Shown here: piece after piece, positions 53,562 to 54,800 of the stretch | Numbering within the stretch: the stretch's first letter is position 1 | How the letters are laid out: every line of letters starts with the position of its first letter | Virus record (IMG/VR): IMGVR_UViG_3300043410_001533 | Location: 1-54,800 of that record | Length of the DNA stretch: 54,800 nucleotides | Source: a virus | Taxonomy: Duplodnaviria; Caudoviricetes | Direction: 5' to 3' (one strand) | Made by a program: the position numbers and the translations under genes | Notes under the pieces: generated by a model | Seen by the model: the letters and a program-made list of their open reading frames with translations, nothing else | What the model was told of the DNA's origin: nothing | The model's database searches: none

Positions 53562-54058
53562 CGACCACACCTAGTCTTGGCGCACAAATCGGAAATCTCG
53601 GAGACTCCCCAACCTACTGCGCCAATGAACATCACAGTGATTACAATAGCGATCGCCCATGCCATTTGTTCAGCCTCGGCTTCTTTCTGCCTTTTCTCTG
53701 CGGCTTTAAGTTCTGCCATCTCTTTGGCATCATCTCGGTCCATCTCGGCTTGACGAGCTTTAGCGGCGTTCCATACATCTATGCGCCCGGCTTGCATGAA
53801 GAGCATTTTTAACTGTTCTTCAAATCGTTTTGCCTCATCGAGTGCCATCTCGATCTGAAGTGCCGCCCCAAGATTCGATTTACCACCAACGCGTTTCGCC
53901 TGAAGCATCGCCTTGGTCGCGGTGCTCTTGGCATCAAAAAGCTTCGCAATGGATGGGGCGAGACCCGCCAGATCGCTAGCGACCTTGCTGGCCTTTTTGA
54001 CTACACTTATCGCGCTTTGAAGTCCCTCAAGGGCGGTGATCGGATCGATTGGAATCAT
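53558..54058 (-). CDS. Lysis-region membrane protein
   Basis: IDPITAL.. N-terminus, coiled coil, C-terminal TM helix. Confidence 0.65.
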   Translation of the reverse strand: MIPIDPITALEGLQSAISVVKKASKVASDLAGLAPSIAKLFDAKSTATKAMLQAKRVGGKSNLGAALQIEMALDEAKRFEEQLKMLFMQAGRIDVWNAAKARQAEMDRDDAKEMAELKAAEKRQKEAEAEQMAWAIAIVITVMFIGAVGWGVSEISDLCAKTRCGR

Positions 54059-54078
54059 ACATTACGCGATGATATCGG

Positions 54079-54273
54079 TTATATGCCCAATAACTTCTTT
54101 ACAAATTCGGCGGCGACGCCGGGGCCGAGAAGCACAGCGGCAATGGTGATATAAAGCAATATCTCGATCGTCTTCATCCGCTTTTTGCCAGAATCGAGTG
54201 ACTCGTTGATCCGCTCGTAACGCTGGGCGCATACCGCTTCATGTACTGACAATTTAGTCTCCACTGAGTCCAT
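54079..54273 (-). CDS. Small holin/XhlA-like membrane protein
   Basis: LSVHEAVCAQRYE.I...L..G.KRM coiled coil plus one TM helix. Confidence 0.65.
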   Translation of the reverse strand: MDSVETKLSVHEAVCAQRYERINESLDSGKKRMKTIEILLYITIAAVLLGPGVAAEFVKKLLGI

Positions 54274-54281
54274 AATATTCT

Positions 54282-54563
54282 CTATGAATACGCAACGGCG
54301 ATTTCTTGCGAATCCGCCACGACCAAATGTTTCTTTGGGCTAATCACGGCAGTAGATGTATCGCGATCCATCGCCATATAACCTTGGCATACGATATTAT
54401 AATCCACTCCATTTGGGTCCTTCTCGCTTTTCACAGGGACTGTGATATCAAGATTTTTGAACAAGAATTCTTTACCATTTTCGAACACTCGCCAAACATG
54501 ATCTACAGTACCTCGACCGGCTTGGCCGCGCGTCTTGTTAAATCGAATTTGATACGTATTCAT
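54282..54563 (-). CDS. Hypothetical protein (93 aa)
   Basis: Start MNTYQIRFNK with GGAGG SD and ATGA overlap; HVWRVFENGKEFL. Confidence 0.65.
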   Translation of the reverse strand: MNTYQIRFNKTRGQAGRGTVDHVWRVFENGKEFLFKNLDITVPVKSEKDPNGVDYNIVCQGYMAMDRDTSTAVISPKKHLVVADSQEIAVAYS

Positions 54564-54800
54564 ACCACCTCCGCCGCAGGTGTTGCACAAGAGAACACAG
54601 GAGCCGCAGGGCGTAGGCCGATATTGAAATGAATGAACTTGATTGGCTTGTCTGAGCCGTGGCGAGTAAAACTATGTGGCAACCAAGCGTTTGAAAACAT
54701 CAGTAAGCCGGGTTTGGGCGTGAAGTTAATCATGTTGCTGGCAAACGTAGCCTGCGTTTGATCTTTCTCATTCCATGAGATCAGTGGCTTTCCAGCGCGG
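54560..54800 (-). CDS. 2OG-Fe(II) oxygenase-like protein, 5'-truncated
   Basis: Manual translation RAGKPLISW...FTPKPGLLMFSNAWLPHSFTRH..KPIKFIHFNI: C-terminal half of a double-stranded beta-helix with the distal His. Confidence 0.65.
   Translation of the reverse strand, partial: RAGKPLISWNEKDQTQATFASNMINFTPKPGLLMFSNAWLPHSFTRHGSDKPIKFIHFNIGLRPAAPVFSCATPAAEVV

Noticed and set aside
1-54800. tRNA/rRNA genes, terminal repeats, alternative genetic code
   Set aside because: No cloverleaf or rRNA-like segment recognised; the window ends fall inside different genes; conserved genes translate intact with the standard code

Overview
The window is most of an uncultured tailed-phage genome of podovirus type: there is no tape-measure gene, but tail-tube and ejection proteins are present. 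Essentially all real genes are on the minus strand, and both ends cut through genes. 1-16.6 kb: packaging and head module (TerS, TerL, portal, GroES-like protein, scaffold, major capsid, adaptor, tail fibres). 17.1-38.6 kb: early/replication module. It contains a primase-polymerase, SNF2 and UvrD helicases, two SSB-like proteins, a resolvase-like nuclease, many small genes behind near-consensus sigma70 promoter cassettes, and a complete 2-aminoadenine (Z-genome) cluster dpoZ-purZ-mazZ-datZ. 39-54.8 kb: ejection, tail and lysis genes. Beyond the known Z system, the most interesting features are: (i) an intact HDAC-family deacetylase coupled to two paralogous proteins with a GNAT-like motif, a possible phage acetylation writer/eraser module; (ii) a [FYML][AK]xGG peptide motif shared by many virion proteins and by those two paralogs, a possible capsid-loading or processing tag; (iii) two ~250-bp iteron/hairpin elements in inverted orientation that bracket the replication module, each with a promoter firing into it; (iv) apparent avoidance of some A-free restriction palindromes while A-containing ones are abundant, consistent with Z-substituted DNA. 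No integrase, tRNA, rRNA or CRISPR array was seen. All family calls come from motif recognition by eye; no searches were run.
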